A stretch of 64,000 nucleotides of DNA from a virus (IMGVR_UViG_3300010388_000214:31626-95625); one strand, 5' to 3'. Positions 1 to 8,451 are shown, counted from the first letter of the stretch. Program-made: numbers and translations. Notes: generated from the sequence alone by a model not told the origin.

Positions 1-34
1 ATAATCAAAGTATAATTCAAGACTCTCTAAGTCA

Positions 35-127
35 TCACGCATTGTTATCATATTCTTGCTCTCCCTCGCATAGTGGACAAAAGGGGGTACAGTCAAAGCT
101 ACCCTCATGGTTAGGACATTCAATCAT
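35..127 (-). CDS. 30-aa Cys-rich protein (MIECPNH...CTPFCPLC)
   Basis: ATG at 127 directly follows the upstream stop; C-terminal part of track ORF 35..238. Confidence 0.55.
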   Translation of the reverse strand: MIECPNHEGSFDCTPFCPLCEGEQEYDNNA

Positions 128-128
128 G

Positions 129-296
129 TTAACCAGTATATCTTGAATCAATGGATAAAGCAACATCGACACGGTCAAGGTCATAAGCTTCTTCAAGCTC
201 TTCCCAATCGGCAGCAGTCCAATGGCTAGTCTTAACAATAACTACCTTATCAGCACTACCGTAGTTACCGTCGCTAGCAAAGTAATGACTACTCAT
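129..296 (-). CDS. 55-aa acidic hypothetical protein (MSSHYFASDGNYGSA...)
   Basis: manually translated; abuts both neighbours. Confidence 0.6.
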   Translation of the reverse strand: MSSHYFASDGNYGSADKVVIVKTSHWTAADWEELEEAYDLDRVDVALSIDSRYTG

Positions 297-468
297 CTTC
301 TTCTTCATCCTCTAGATATTGGTCAACCTCAATAGAGTAGACACCGTCATATGACGTGCCGTCTTCCTGATAGTCATACTCCCAAGCCAAAGCTTCTGCT
401 TCTTCGGGGGTATCAGCTTCAACATCAAAAGAGTAATCAACTCTCATATTAACTAAGAACTTAGCCAT
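289..468 (-). CDS. 59-aa very acidic protein (MAKFLVNMRVDYSFDVEADTPEEAEA...)
   Basis: manually translated; SD-like AAGGA upstream; TAATG coupling. Confidence 0.65.
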   Translation of the reverse strand: MAKFLVNMRVDYSFDVEADTPEEAEALAWEYDYQEDGTSYDGVYSIEVDQYLEDEEEDE

Positions 469-575
469 TAGTATCCTTTCAATATGTCTGACAGTTGGTC
501 TAACTGTTCTGGGGTTAGTCTTCCGATTACACTTGTGTCGATTGCGTTAGCAAACATATCCTGTATTTCGTTCAT
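468..575 (-). CDS. 35-aa leaderless hypothetical protein
   Basis: ATG 6 nt downstream of the -10 CATACT. Confidence 0.55.
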   Translation of the reverse strand: MNEIQDMFANAIDTSVIGRLTPEQLDQLSDILKGY

Positions 576-581
576 ATAATA

Positions 582-610
582 AGTATGACTTAGATAAAAT
601 GGTTTGTCAA
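582..610 (-). promoter_or_regulatory. sigmaA-type promoter TTGACA-N17-CATACT
   Basis: consensus hexamers with 17-bp spacer; same class at 1799-1827, 2410-2439, 3421-3449. Confidence 0.8.
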
Positions 611-701
611 TATTTCTGGGCGTTTTGTTACCCTATCGTAATCATTGCACAATGACTATATATATAGTTATAAACATTGGCGGCCCCCGATCCTGGTGGG
701 G

Positions 702-728
702 TAGGCAGTTTATTCTCATGCCTAGGAG
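702..728 (-). ncRNA. small H-type pseudoknot motif, copy 1
   Basis: CUC-CUAGGCAU-GAG-AAU-AAAC-UGCCUA, just 3' of the 736 stop. Confidence 0.65.
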
Positions 729-735
729 TGTCCGC

Positions 736-1755
736 CTATGCGGTAGCTAGTTGAACAACCTTGAGCAAACGGTTCTTCTCTGCGTTGATAGCAGGGTCAA
801 AGCCAGATGCGGAAGCCAAGACTGATTCGTTGTTACCCTTGCGACCAGAACGGTACCAGTCGAGACGCTCAGTCATTGCGTTGAACGCACCCCAAGCGGT
901 TCCACTAATCATGTGGTTGAACTCACCCTGATAGATGTCCTCAATCAGTTCCAGCTTGGTCTGCCACTTGGACAGAGAACCCTTAGAGTCTTTCTCTGGC
1001 ATGGGGTAAGCAAGAGCAACGATTTCGTCAAACTTAGCCTTAGAGATTTCAGTCTCAATCATAGCCTTTGCCATGATGTCGAATTCATCCATGTATGCGT
1101 TAGCAAGTCCCAAAGCCTCACGAGCTGCGATAACTTTACCCTCAGCGGTCTGAGTGTGACGAATCTTGAACGACTGCTTGATGTTACGGTTGCGACCTAC
1201 ACCACCACCGATAGCAAGGTTCAGAGTGTTAGCACAGACAACACGCACAGGGGTGATGCTTGCCTGAATCGCTACAGAACCGTCATGAGATGTGTTGACG
1301 AGGAGGTAGGTGTTTACCTTGTCACCAACACCGTTAGGGTCTAGGACAGTCTCACGCTCAAGAGCAATGGAACCAAACACCTGACGACCACCCTTGATAG
1401 AACCAGCAGTCTCCCAGCGACCACCACCGTCTAGGATGTTGTCACCAAATGAGAACAGGTCTTCATTCTGGAGGGTACGGTAACGCTCACCAACAACGCC
1501 AAGCACGTCAGTCTGCTTCTTGTCGAATGGGTTAGAGCGAGCAACAAAATAGTTAGTCTTGTCTGAGGTAAAGTTCTCAGGCATAGGGATTTCTTCAAGA
1601 CGAACATTCCAGTTGTCCAAGTGTGCCAACTCTAGCATCTTGGTTGTGTTTACTTCTTCCTCGAACACAGTACCCAAACCATGCCAAGCTGGTTCACGGA
1701 AAGAGGCAAAGGTAGTCTTGCCAGTTACTGAGTCGATTTCTAGTTCGTGTGCCAT
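736..1755 (-). CDS. DUF932-family (TIGR03299-like) phage/plasmid protein
   Basis: MAHELE...REPAWHGLG, ETAGSIKGGRQVF, SHDGS, TPVRVVCANTL and IRHT motifs. Confidence 0.85.
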   Translation of the reverse strand: MAHELEIDSVTGKTTFASFREPAWHGLGTVFEEEVNTTKMLELAHLDNWNVRLEEIPMPENFTSDKTNYFVARSNPFDKKQTDVLGVVGERYRTLQNEDLFSFGDNILDGGGRWETAGSIKGGRQVFGSIALERETVLDPNGVGDKVNTYLLVNTSHDGSVAIQASITPVRVVCANTLNLAIGGGVGRNRNIKQSFKIRHTQTAEGKVIAAREALGLANAYMDEFDIMAKAMIETEISKAKFDEIVALAYPMPEKDSKGSLSKWQTKLELIEDIYQGEFNHMISGTAWGAFNAMTERLDWYRSGRKGNNESVLASASGFDPAINAEKNRLLKVVQLATA

Positions 1756-1798
1756 GTGGCTACTTCTTTCTTTAGGGGATGAATTGCTTACTTATATA

Positions 1799-1827
1799 AG
1801 TATGACAGTGTTTAGCTATCTTGTCAA
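1799..1827 (-). promoter_or_regulatory. sigmaA-type promoter TTGACA-N17-CATACT
   Basis: consensus hexamers upstream of the DUF932 gene. Confidence 0.8.
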
Positions 1828-1897
1828 CCATCTGGGGGGTATTTTCTTACCTTCGTAATTAAACTGTTACATTCGGGGGGCCGCAGGGTATTTAGAG

Positions 1898-1927
1898 TGA
1901 GCAGTTTCAGATCAATGCTCAGGACCT
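1898..1927 (-). ncRNA. small pseudoknot motif, copy 2
   Basis: AGGUC-CUGAGCAUU-GAUCU-G-AAAC-UGCUCA. Confidence 0.65.
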
Positions 1928-1988
1928 GGCCTAGGGGAAAGAAAGGAATAAGAACCCTAGGCCATCATCGGTAACCCCTTACCGAGAA

Positions 1989-2183
1989 TTAAAACAAACG
2001 TTGCTTGTGGTCCAGAAAGGTACCAGTAATGAATGCACGTACATGTGCGTAAGCTTCTGCACGTCCTTCTTCATATGCAGCTTCGAAAGGACATCCGTCG
2101 GTCTCTTGTTCATTCATCGACTCAACAGCTTCGTCTTCCTTCTTGTGGAAGTACTGCAGCAGCTCAGATACTAGTTCATCCAT
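1989..2183 (-). CDS. hypothetical protein, 64 aa
   Basis: ORF track; TAATG coupling. Confidence 0.7.
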   Translation of the reverse strand: MDELVSELLQYFHKKEDEAVESMNEQETDGCPFEAAYEEGRAEAYAHVRAFITGTFLDHKQRLF

Positions 2184-2380
2184 TAGTTGCCTACGAATTC
2201 AACTACAGTGTCAGCTTCTTGGTACTCGACCATGTCAAGCTTTTCTTCAGTGATATCAAACTCAGGCCAGTAATCAGCATCCTCGTTACCCTGCGAGACG
2301 TGAAAGATTGCAAGAGCTTCGTCTTCACTGTCCGCCTGCACGGAATAGGTATTGCCAGATGTTATAAAGTATGTAGCCAT
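2183..2380 (-). CDS. acidic hypothetical protein (start MATYFIT)
   Basis: SD-like GAAGG before the ATG at 2380; A.s.eEA motif similar to 289..468. Confidence 0.7.
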   Translation of the reverse strand: MATYFITSGNTYSVQADSEDEALAIFHVSQGNEDADYWPEFDITEEKLDMVEYQEADTVVEFVGN

Positions 2381-2409
2381 GTTGGCCTTCTTTCTTTGTC
2401 GGTAATACA

Positions 2410-2439
2410 AGTATGACAGCTGTGGGGGGTATTTGTCAA
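2410..2439 (-). promoter_or_regulatory. sigmaA-type promoter TTGACA-N18-CATACT
   Basis: consensus hexamers; GTAAC-N6-GTTAC immediately upstream. Confidence 0.75.
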
Positions 2440-2520
2440 CCTTCGTAACCTAAACGTTACATTTGCGAGGGGCCGCCCAAATCCCCTAGCCATCACGACA
2501 AACGATCAACTAGGGGTGGG

Positions 2521-2584
2521 TGAGCAGTTTTTATTCCACCAGCATACTCAGGCTAATGAGGCAGTTTTATCTCATACCCAGGAG
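2521..2584 (-). ncRNA. tandem pseudoknot motifs, copies 3 and 4
   Basis: CUC-CUGGGUAU-GAG-AUA-AAAC-UGCCU, then AUUAGC-CUGAGUAU-GCUGGU-GGAAUAA-AAAC-UGCUCA. Confidence 0.65.
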
Positions 2585-2590
2585 TAATTA

Positions 2591-3034
2591 CTAGAGTAGG
2601 TCAATCACCGTGTTGTAGGTAGTTGCCGAGACTTCCTCCTGAGAGGTCATCTTCAGTACCTTTAGGTTACGCTCTAGCAGGGACTTGCGTGTCGTATACT
2701 CACGACCAAAGTGCTGTGACTCATTTGGCTTGCTTGGTTCTTTGGGTGCTTCTGGCAAACCAAGCAGGTCAGAGTTCACGCTAACACGAACAGAGTTACC
2801 GTATTCATTTGATACACGGATAGGCGAGTCATACTCGTTGCCAATTAGTTCTGGCTTACCAAGTGCTTTGATAACAGCCTCAACAACTGCTTTCTGGTGG
2901 TCTGCCTTAGCCTTGCGGTACTCCTCCATTTGAGCAGGGTACACAGCCAAGTCAGCCTCAATCTTAGCAAGAGATGCCTCAATGTCAGCAATGAGAGATG
3001 CGGTAGGGATTTTCACAGAGAGTGAACGAGCCAT
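2591..3034 (-). CDS. hypothetical actinophage protein, 147 aa
   Basis: ORF track; helical, phage-like composition. Confidence 0.8.
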   Translation of the reverse strand: MARSLSVKIPTASLIADIEASLAKIEADLAVYPAQMEEYRKAKADHQKAVVEAVIKALGKPELIGNEYDSPIRVSNEYGNSVRVSVNSDLLGLPEAPKEPSKPNESQHFGREYTTRKSLLERNLKVLKMTSQEEVSATTYNTVIDLL

Positions 3035-3073
3035 AATTGTTTATCTACTTTCTTATTTACTAGGGGTTAGTGT

Positions 3074-3106
3074 CTGGGTAGTTTAGACAGACATACCCAG
3101 GTCTGT
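3074..3106 (-). ncRNA. small pseudoknot motif, copy 5
   Basis: ACAGAC-CUGGGUAU-GUCUGU-CU-AAAC-UACCCAG. Confidence 0.7.
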
Positions 3107-3124
3107 TTTCCTTTTGGAAAGTGT

Positions 3125-3194
3125 GTAGGTGGGGGTCTGGCTAGACACGGCTACCTCTCGGAAACCAGACATTACGGGTAGCGAACCCACCTAC
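3125..3194 (-). ncRNA. intergenic structured RNA: pseudoknot closed by a 9-bp stem
   Basis: GTAGGTGGG/CCCACCTAC encloses the crossing helices GCTACC/GGTAGC and GTCTGG/CCAGAC. Confidence 0.55.
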
Positions 3195-3201
3195 GGTTAG
3201 A

Positions 3202-3348
3202 CTACTTTACGGTAGTCCAGCGAGTGTCACCGTTTGCGAGGGTGAGACGAACACGGCTTGAGCCAGTTGCGTTCTTCACGATTTCCTCAACGATACCCGA
3301 TACACCAGATGCCTGAGTGGTAAAGGTTTCTCCGATTACTGCGTTCAT
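3202..3348 (-). CDS. 48-aa beta-rich protein (MNAVIGETFTTQASGVSG...RWTTVK)
   Basis: manually translated; SD AAGGA; promoter at 3421-3449. Confidence 0.7.
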   Translation of the reverse strand: MNAVIGETFTTQASGVSGIVEEIVKNATGSSRVRLTLANGDTRWTTVK

Positions 3349-3420
3349 TTTATTACTGCTTCCTTGTAGTGAGCCAACTTTGACTGATTTGTTTTACCAA
3401 GTCGTTTACTTGATATATCT

Positions 3421-3449
3421 AGTATGACATCAAATCTGGGGGGTGTCAA
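3421..3449 (-). promoter_or_regulatory. sigmaA-type promoter TTGACA-N17-CATACT
   Basis: consensus hexamers. Confidence 0.8.
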
Positions 3450-3515
3450 GCCTTATCGTAACCTTTTTTATAACAGGTTGGTAACGGTCGGGGGCCGATC
3501 CCCGTTGGGGGTAGC

Positions 3516-4076
3516 CTATGAAGCACTACCCCGAACGATGACCCAGATAAGAGCTTGAGCAGTACGAGGTGTCAGACCAAACTCTCCTGCAACTTTACGC
3601 ACAGCACGAGACAGTTCTACATACTGAGACTGAGAGGGGGAGTCAGTTCCCAGGTTAGCTGCACGACACATCCAAATGTCAATAACTACAGCGTCTTTGT
3701 CACCTGCAATAGCACGAGCGAATGCATTAGTCTTTGGACCTTTGAGAGCGTCAAACCCTAAGTCAATGCTAGTCTGTGCCATTTTGTAGTTGTTAGGCAA
3801 ACCCTTTACCTCATGACCAAGCGAGAATGCAATAGCCTTAGAGATATTACTAGCCCAACGCTCACGAGGTGAGAATGCAGAGACAACGCTTGCACCAACT
3901 TCAAGTGTGGTGTTTAGGTTGCGAGCAACTTCTTCTGCAACTTCTTCTGCATCCCGATACCAGACACTAGCCTCTTCGACCTGACCGAGAGTAGCATTCA
4001 TGAGTAGGTTGCGATACATGCCAGTGTAGTTCTTGATACGGGTGGTTACTTCTGGCTTTACGATTGTGGTTGTCAT
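3516..4076 (-). CDS. phage protein, possibly HhH/DNA-glycosylase-like fold
   Basis: WY..A, SP...W..N, GPKT.AF, VVID.W and QA.IW motifs; the fold is a guess. Confidence 0.6.
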   Translation of the reverse strand: MTTTIVKPEVTTRIKNYTGMYRNLLMNATLGQVEEASVWYRDAEEVAEEVARNLNTTLEVGASVVSAFSPRERWASNISKAIAFSLGHEVKGLPNNYKMAQTSIDLGFDALKGPKTNAFARAIAGDKDAVVIDIWMCRAANLGTDSPSQSQYVELSRAVRKVAGEFGLTPRTAQALIWVIVRGSAS

Positions 4077-4219
4077 GGGGTGTTCCTTTCCTTATATAAA
4101 TAACTATACAGTTACCCACGGACATTTGCAAGGGTATTCTTAACTATCTTAATAACGAATAGGTAACGGATCAGCGGCCCCCGTGGGGGTAGAGAAGTCA
4201 ATCCCCACCCCCAATGGTA

Positions 4220-4702
4220 TTACCAAGAAGCCTGATATATAAATGAAATATCGCTTGTGATAGTTTTGTCTAGCAGAGTCTTCAACTCTTTCTTAGTACG
4301 CTTGAGGTCTTCCCAGTACCACTTGTCTATTTCAGTAGAACCAAAGAAGAAACCAGAAACAGGCTCTAACTCAGACGTATCTTTAGTTGCGATAACATCT
4401 GTAACAGTAAACAGCAACTCTTCCAACCTCTCACGGCTAACATAAACAGGCTGGCACTCGTCTACACCGTTAGCACAGTTAGTGATAAACCAGTTATGGA
4501 TTTGGTTAGACTTACGCCAATAGATAGCAGTCTCAGTTACAGACAGGCCAACGCTTTCGTCTGAGGCTAGGCTGTTGAGGTTTGAGGCGGTAAGAACTTC
4601 GAGATAGTCTCGGTTCTTCTCACGCTGATAGTCACCATCTACAACCTTGTAGTTGTTAGCAGGAATAAACTTACGGACTTCCAGGTACATATCGAGACCC
4701 AT
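4220..4702 (-). CDS. conserved phage protein (MGLDMYL...YWRK.NQIHNWF...YQASW type)
   Basis: recognisable widespread phage motifs; SD AAGGAG. Confidence 0.8.
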   Translation of the reverse strand: MGLDMYLEVRKFIPANNYKVVDGDYQREKNRDYLEVLTASNLNSLASDESVGLSVTETAIYWRKSNQIHNWFITNCANGVDECQPVYVSRERLEELLFTVTDVIATKDTSELEPVSGFFFGSTEIDKWYWEDLKRTKKELKTLLDKTITSDISFIYQASW

Positions 4703-4755
4703 TAGGGACTCCTTTCTTTTGAGGTTTGGTTACAGTTTAGCAGTACCCACGGACA

Positions 4756-4920
4756 TTAGTCAAGGTCATCTACTAAAATAATTTCTTTGTTGAACTGGAT
4801 TGCTTCCTCTAGCATATGGAGCATACCCAATTCTTTTGAGGTCAGGTTGTGGGTGGTGAACAGGTCTGTGGGGGTACCAGTCTCAGTGTCCACTACTCGG
4901 ATAAATAGGTCTAGTGCCAT
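4756..4920 (-). CDS. 54-aa hypothetical protein
   Basis: manually translated; TAATG-coupled. Confidence 0.55.
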   Translation of the reverse strand: MALDLFIRVVDTETGTPTDLFTTHNLTSKELGMLHMLEEAIQFNKEIILVDDLD

Positions 4921-5123
4921 TAGTTCTTATACTCCCTAATTGTAAATTCTTCTGTACCGTTTTCTAGTGCATCTTCATATTCTTCGACAGTACTGAAATA
5001 ATAAAACACACCGTCGTCATTTACTTCTGAGTAATCAGTAATAAAGTCATCAGAGATAACGACATAAGTAAAAAACTCGTCTCGTGGGTCATCTCGCCAA
5101 GTGACTAGGACTTCCTTTTCCAT
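4920..5123 (-). CDS. acidic hypothetical protein, 67 aa
   Basis: ORF track; SD AAGGAG; coupled. Confidence 0.7.
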   Translation of the reverse strand: MEKEVLVTWRDDPRDEFFTYVVISDDFITDYSEVNDDGVFYYFSTVEEYEDALENGTEEFTIREYKN

Positions 5124-5284
5124 TATGCATACTCCTTGATTGCTCGGTTCTTTACAGTGCTACGGGTTCGCAGTCTGTTTGGTCGGTTGTCATGTGTGCC
5201 AGAGGCATTGGACTTACGCAGTTCACGCATACCAATAATGTATGCCGTGTTCTGAATTTTCTGGGGTGGTTTCGCTTTCTTCAT
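5123..5284 (-). CDS. 53-aa basic leaderless protein (…ELRKSNASG.H..RPNRLRTR…)
   Basis: manually translated; ATG just downstream of a -10 CATAAT. Confidence 0.65.
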   Translation of the reverse strand: MKKAKPPQKIQNTAYIIGMRELRKSNASGTHDNRPNRLRTRSTVKNRAIKEYA

Positions 5285-5346
5285 AAACTAATTATGACAT
5301 GACCCACTGACATTCCCGATTTTGGGGGGCCGCCCGAAGGCCCATT

Positions 5347-5469
5347 CTAGATGAATTCGAATGGGTCTCGGTCTTGGAAGATATCCTCGAAGTCCTGCAT
5401 GGTATATGCTCCAGGGTTAGCCATGTAGTCTCGGTAGTCTGCCATGATCTCTTCTGCTTGCTCGTCCAT
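5347..5469 (-). CDS. 40-aa acidic protein
   Basis: manually translated; SD GAGG. Confidence 0.55.
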   Translation of the reverse strand: MDEQAEEIMADYRDYMANPGAYTMQDFEDIFQDRDPFEFI

Positions 5470-5470
5470 A

Positions 5471-5659
5471 TTATCCTCTCCTAGGTTTTGCTTTTAGTTC
5501 TCCACGGTGGAATCTAGTTACAAACTCTCTCGCTGCTGGCCAGTACTCTAGGTTGAATGCTCGCTCATTATGCATCTCAACCATATCCAAGGCTAGCTGT
5601 TCGATTAGCTTGCGGTCAGTAATGATTACTGGCTTTATGTATGTCTCACGCTTAGTCAT
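5471..5659 (-). CDS. hypothetical protein, 62 aa
   Basis: ORF track; coupled. Confidence 0.65.
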   Translation of the reverse strand: MTKRETYIKPVIITDRKLIEQLALDMVEMHNERAFNLEYWPAAREFVTRFHRGELKAKPRRG

Positions 5660-5940
5660 TAGTCTAACTCACTCTCGATAATCCACATACCCAAGCGGTA
5701 TGACTCAACGATATCCCAAGCCTTGACCCACTCACTGCCACGGAATGTAACACCCTCTGGCAACTTGATTTTGAGGTGACCCTCTCCGTCATTCACGGTG
5801 TCAATAGCCTCGACTGCTGTATCAACCATCTGCTGAGGAATTGGAGGATAGCAATTCGTCTGGAAGTGTAGGCTAATTTGCTGTTCAAGTGTGAAGCCTA
5901 GTTCGTCATCTTGAAGTGCTAGTGCTGATAAGTTTCCCAT
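5659..5940 (-). CDS. hypothetical actinophage protein, 93 aa
   Basis: ORF track; SD AAGGA; own promoter. Confidence 0.75.
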   Translation of the reverse strand: MGNLSALALQDDELGFTLEQQISLHFQTNCYPPIPQQMVDTAVEAIDTVNDGEGHLKIKLPEGVTFRGSEWVKAWDIVESYRLGMWIIESELD

Positions 5941-6053
5941 TAGTTTTCCTTTTCTTTTGATACTATAAACCTATCACAAGCCACGGACATTATCAACGTA
6001 ATCGTAAGATCTTTTGGTAACAGTTAGATAACGAAGGGCCGCCTCGCACTCCC

Positions 6054-6179
6054 CTAGAAGGGGAGCTTGAGGTTTTTGTTTGCTTCTTTTAGTTCGTTTA
6101 TCTCATTACGCTGAGCAACGATAATGATACCAGCAATGATTAGGCTGAACCACATACCCCAGAACAATAGGTCTAGCAT
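6054..6179 (-). CDS. 41-aa single-TM membrane protein
   Basis: MLDLLFWGMWFSLIIAGIIIV...; SD GGAGG. Confidence 0.55.
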   Translation of the reverse strand: MLDLLFWGMWFSLIIAGIIIVAQRNEINELKEANKNLKLPF

Positions 6180-6367
6180 TAGTTTACCTCCACCTTGTAG
6201 CAAGCGTCTACAAACTTTACAGCCAAGAAACGGTCATTGTCCTCAGCAAACATAGCACAGAAGTCGTTCACCATATTGTCAAACTTTTCTTCCAAGCCAA
6301 TAGACATTTCCTGGTAGAAGTCGTTCAGGATTTCAGCGGTAGCAACGTAGTCTTTACGTGTCATCAT
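6179..6367 (-). CDS. small phage protein (MTRKDY..A..L...F..DN.RF...KF..AC type)
   Basis: ORF track; recognisable motif. Confidence 0.75.
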   Translation of the reverse strand: MMTRKDYVATAEILNDFYQEMSIGLEEKFDNMVNDFCAMFAEDNDRFLAVKFVDACYKVEVN

Positions 6368-6385
6368 TTTATTTATTTCCTATTC

Positions 6386-6541
6386 TTAGTTAGCGAATGT
6401 GTCGAGAATGTTTTTGTAGGCGTCACGCTTACCGATAAAGTAAGACTTAGAGAGTTCCGAGGCGTAAGGGTCTGCGATGAAGTCATCAGCAATTTTGATT
6501 AGTTCGTTCAGAACCTTTACGGAGAGTGTTACAGTTGTCAT
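6386..6541 (-). CDS. 51-aa hypothetical protein
   Basis: manually translated; SD AAGGA; promoter upstream. Confidence 0.6.
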   Translation of the reverse strand: MTTVTLSVKVLNELIKIADDFIADPYASELSKSYFIGKRDAYKNILDTFAN

Positions 6542-6655
6542 TAGTTTTCCTTTCGTTATGTCTAAAGTCTATACCCACCCACTGACATTCTCAACCCCGA
6601 CACGCCGTGTTTCTTAAACTTTCTTAAAACTTTTTTGGCGATCGGGGGCCGCTTC

Positions 6656-6904
6656 CTAGTAGTCGTCTCCATAGAAGCCACCATCGTTTGCTCCACCGTA
6701 GTCCTCGTCGTCACCCCAGCCAGCAGAGGCAAGAGCATCGGCATCCATCCAGGACTCGTCAGACCAGTCGTCTGCGGAGTCAGCGAAGAGGTCTTCCTCA
6801 CGCTGGTCCTCGTCGGTCAGGAAGATAAGTTCGTTGTCCTCCCCGAGGATTGCGTCTGCCAAGACAGAGGTGTCGAACTCTTCGATTGCGAGAATGTTGG
6901 TCAT
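6656..6904 (-). CDS. extremely acidic 82-aa protein (DADALASAGWG.DEDYG motif)
   Basis: ORF track; SD AAGGA; very D/E-rich. Confidence 0.75.
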   Translation of the reverse strand: MTNILAIEEFDTSVLADAILGEDNELIFLTDEDQREEDLFADSADDWSDESWMDADALASAGWGDDEDYGGANDGGFYGDDY

Positions 6905-7018
6905 GAGTTTTCCTTTCGTTGTAAAACAAATCTAACACAAACCACAGACATTTTCAAGCGGTTTGCAGCGTTTATCTTAATTAACTTAATAACTTTTTGG
7001 TAACGACGGGGGGCCGCC

Positions 7019-7037
7019 TGTGTATAACTTATCCACA
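7019..7037. promoter_or_regulatory. inverted pair of DnaA boxes (TGTGTATAA c TTATCCACA)
   Basis: both match TTATNCACA. Confidence 0.75.
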
Positions 7038-7039
7038 GG

Positions 7040-7207
7040 TTAACATTCGGGGTACATTCCATAAATTACCTGTGGGAATACCCCAGGAATATCCCTAGAG
7101 TTGTCGATAATTATCTGAGCTTCCTCACGGGTAAAGACAATCTGTGACATTATGTCTTGGAATGTCTTTTCATCTCTTAGAGTTATTTCATAGCCTAGCT
7201 TTTCCAT
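7040..7207 (-). CDS. 55-aa hypothetical protein
   Basis: manually translated; coupled. Confidence 0.55.
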   Translation of the reverse strand: MEKLGYEITLRDEKTFQDIMSQIVFTREEAQIIIDNSRDIPGVFPQVIYGMYPEC

Positions 7208-7344
7208 TACTTGAGACCCTTTCCTGCTGGGTGGAGAGCAATAGCACGCTCTAACTCACGGTGCTTTCGCAACTCAGCAAGTGAGGTGTTGTAGTGAGCA
7301 AATTTAGTCTTGAAGCCACATTCTGGGCAAGTGTACTGAGTCAT
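7207..7344 (-). CDS. 45-aa putative Zn-binding protein (YTCPECG...H...HPAGKG)
   Basis: manually translated; SD AAGGA. Confidence 0.6.
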   Translation of the reverse strand: MTQYTCPECGFKTKFAHYNTSLAELRKHRELERAIALHPAGKGLK

Positions 7345-7393
7345 TTCAATTTCCTTTTCTTTGTTATCTAAAGTCTAGCGGTACCCACGGACA

Positions 7394-7540
7394 TTATGCC
7401 TTGAAGGCAGACATTGCCACAATTTTAGTTGTGTACATTTTCTTGGCAATTGCCTGAGCGTGCCAAGTGTTGGAAGCCATAGCGAATACGGTGAAACGCT
7501 CACCTGTTGCTAACTTACCTGAGACTTTGTATTCAATCAT
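7394..7540 (-). CDS. 48-aa hypothetical protein
   Basis: manually translated; SD AGGA; promoter upstream. Confidence 0.55.
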   Translation of the reverse strand: MIEYKVSGKLATGERFTVFAMASNTWHAQAIAKKMYTTKIVAMSAFKA

Positions 7541-7599
7541 TTTTATTTCCTAACTCTTAGTTTCTTTATATCTAAACTCTACACCCACCCACGGACATT

Positions 7600-7749
7600 C
7601 TAACTGTTGTAGTCGAAACATACATTCTGGTTAGGATATTCCAATTCGAATTCTTTACGCTTAGCGTCTACGGTATCGCGATCGCGACCCCAGAATTCGT
7701 TTAGCAACTTTCCAGTTCCTCTTTCAATTACTTGTACAATCCACATATT
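7600..7749 (-). CDS. hypothetical protein (likely start near MWIVQVIE)
   Basis: part of track ORF 7600..7809; SD AAGGA; start approximate. Confidence 0.5.
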   Translation of the reverse strand, partial: NMWIVQVIERGTGKLLNEFWGRDRDTVDAKRKEFELEYPNQNVCFDYNS

Positions 7750-7854
7750 TGGATTCCTTTCTCTTAGATTCTTTTTCTTACTTTCTTTATATCTAAAGTC
7801 TATACCCACCCACTGACATTTTGGGGTGCGACACGCCGTAACGTAAGAAAAAAC

Positions 7855-7914
7855 TTATCCACAAAGTTATCCACAGGGGGCCGCCAAATCGGCGGTATGT
7901 CAAGTGACACGCCG
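7855..7914. repeat. ~60-bp module A: two DnaA boxes, GGGGGCCGCC hairpin, TGTCAA, GACACGCCG
   Basis: near-identical to 8390-8451; related to 8963-9025. Confidence 0.85.
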
Positions 7915-8094
7915 TTAGTCACCAATCATTTTACGATAGGCGTTGAAGACATCCTTGTCAGTGTACTGACTCTGTGCCGATAGCAATTCGTCATACTTAG
8001 CCTGACTTGCTTTCCAGATACGACCGTCATCTGACATAGCATCTTCAAAAGCACGCATCTTTGCCGATAGTAGGCTTTTCATTAGTTCATCCAT
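7915..8094 (-). CDS. hypothetical protein (start MDELMKS)
   Basis: SD AAAGGA before 8094. Confidence 0.65.
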   Translation of the reverse strand: MDELMKSLLSAKMRAFEDAMSDDGRIWKASQAKYDELLSAQSQYTDKDVFNAYRKMIGD

Positions 8095-8110
8095 TTTGGA
8101 ATCCTTTCTT

Positions 8111-8254
8111 TTAGTTACGAACACGGCTAATTGAAACCGAGTAAAAGTCATCACGAGCATAAGCCCGTTCGATGGCTTCGGCTTCATTGAAACCTACGAA
8201 CATAGTTTCGTGAACGAAACCACCATCTTTTTCTTTGATAATTACTTTGAACAT
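8111..8254 (-). CDS. hypothetical protein (start MFKVIIKE)
   Basis: SD AAGGAG before 8254. Confidence 0.65.
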   Translation of the reverse strand: MFKVIIKEKDGGFVHETMFVGFNEAEAIERAYARDDFYSVSISRVRN

Positions 8255-8389
8255 TTTAGTTCTCCTTTCTAAGAGACTTTCTTTTTTATTTCCATATTTA
8301 GTTTTTCTTTCTATATTTACATAGTAACAGTACCCACTGACATTTTGGGGCATTTTCGGGGGGTTTTTGGTAACGGAATTATAACGAAG

Positions 8390-8451
8390 TTATACACAGA
8401 GTTATCCACAGGGGGCCGCCAATTTTGGCGGTATGTCAAGTCGACACGCCG
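8390..8451. repeat. module B: TTATACACA and TTATCCACA, GC hairpin, TGTCAA, GACACGCCG
   Basis: direct sequence comparison with module A. Confidence 0.85.
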
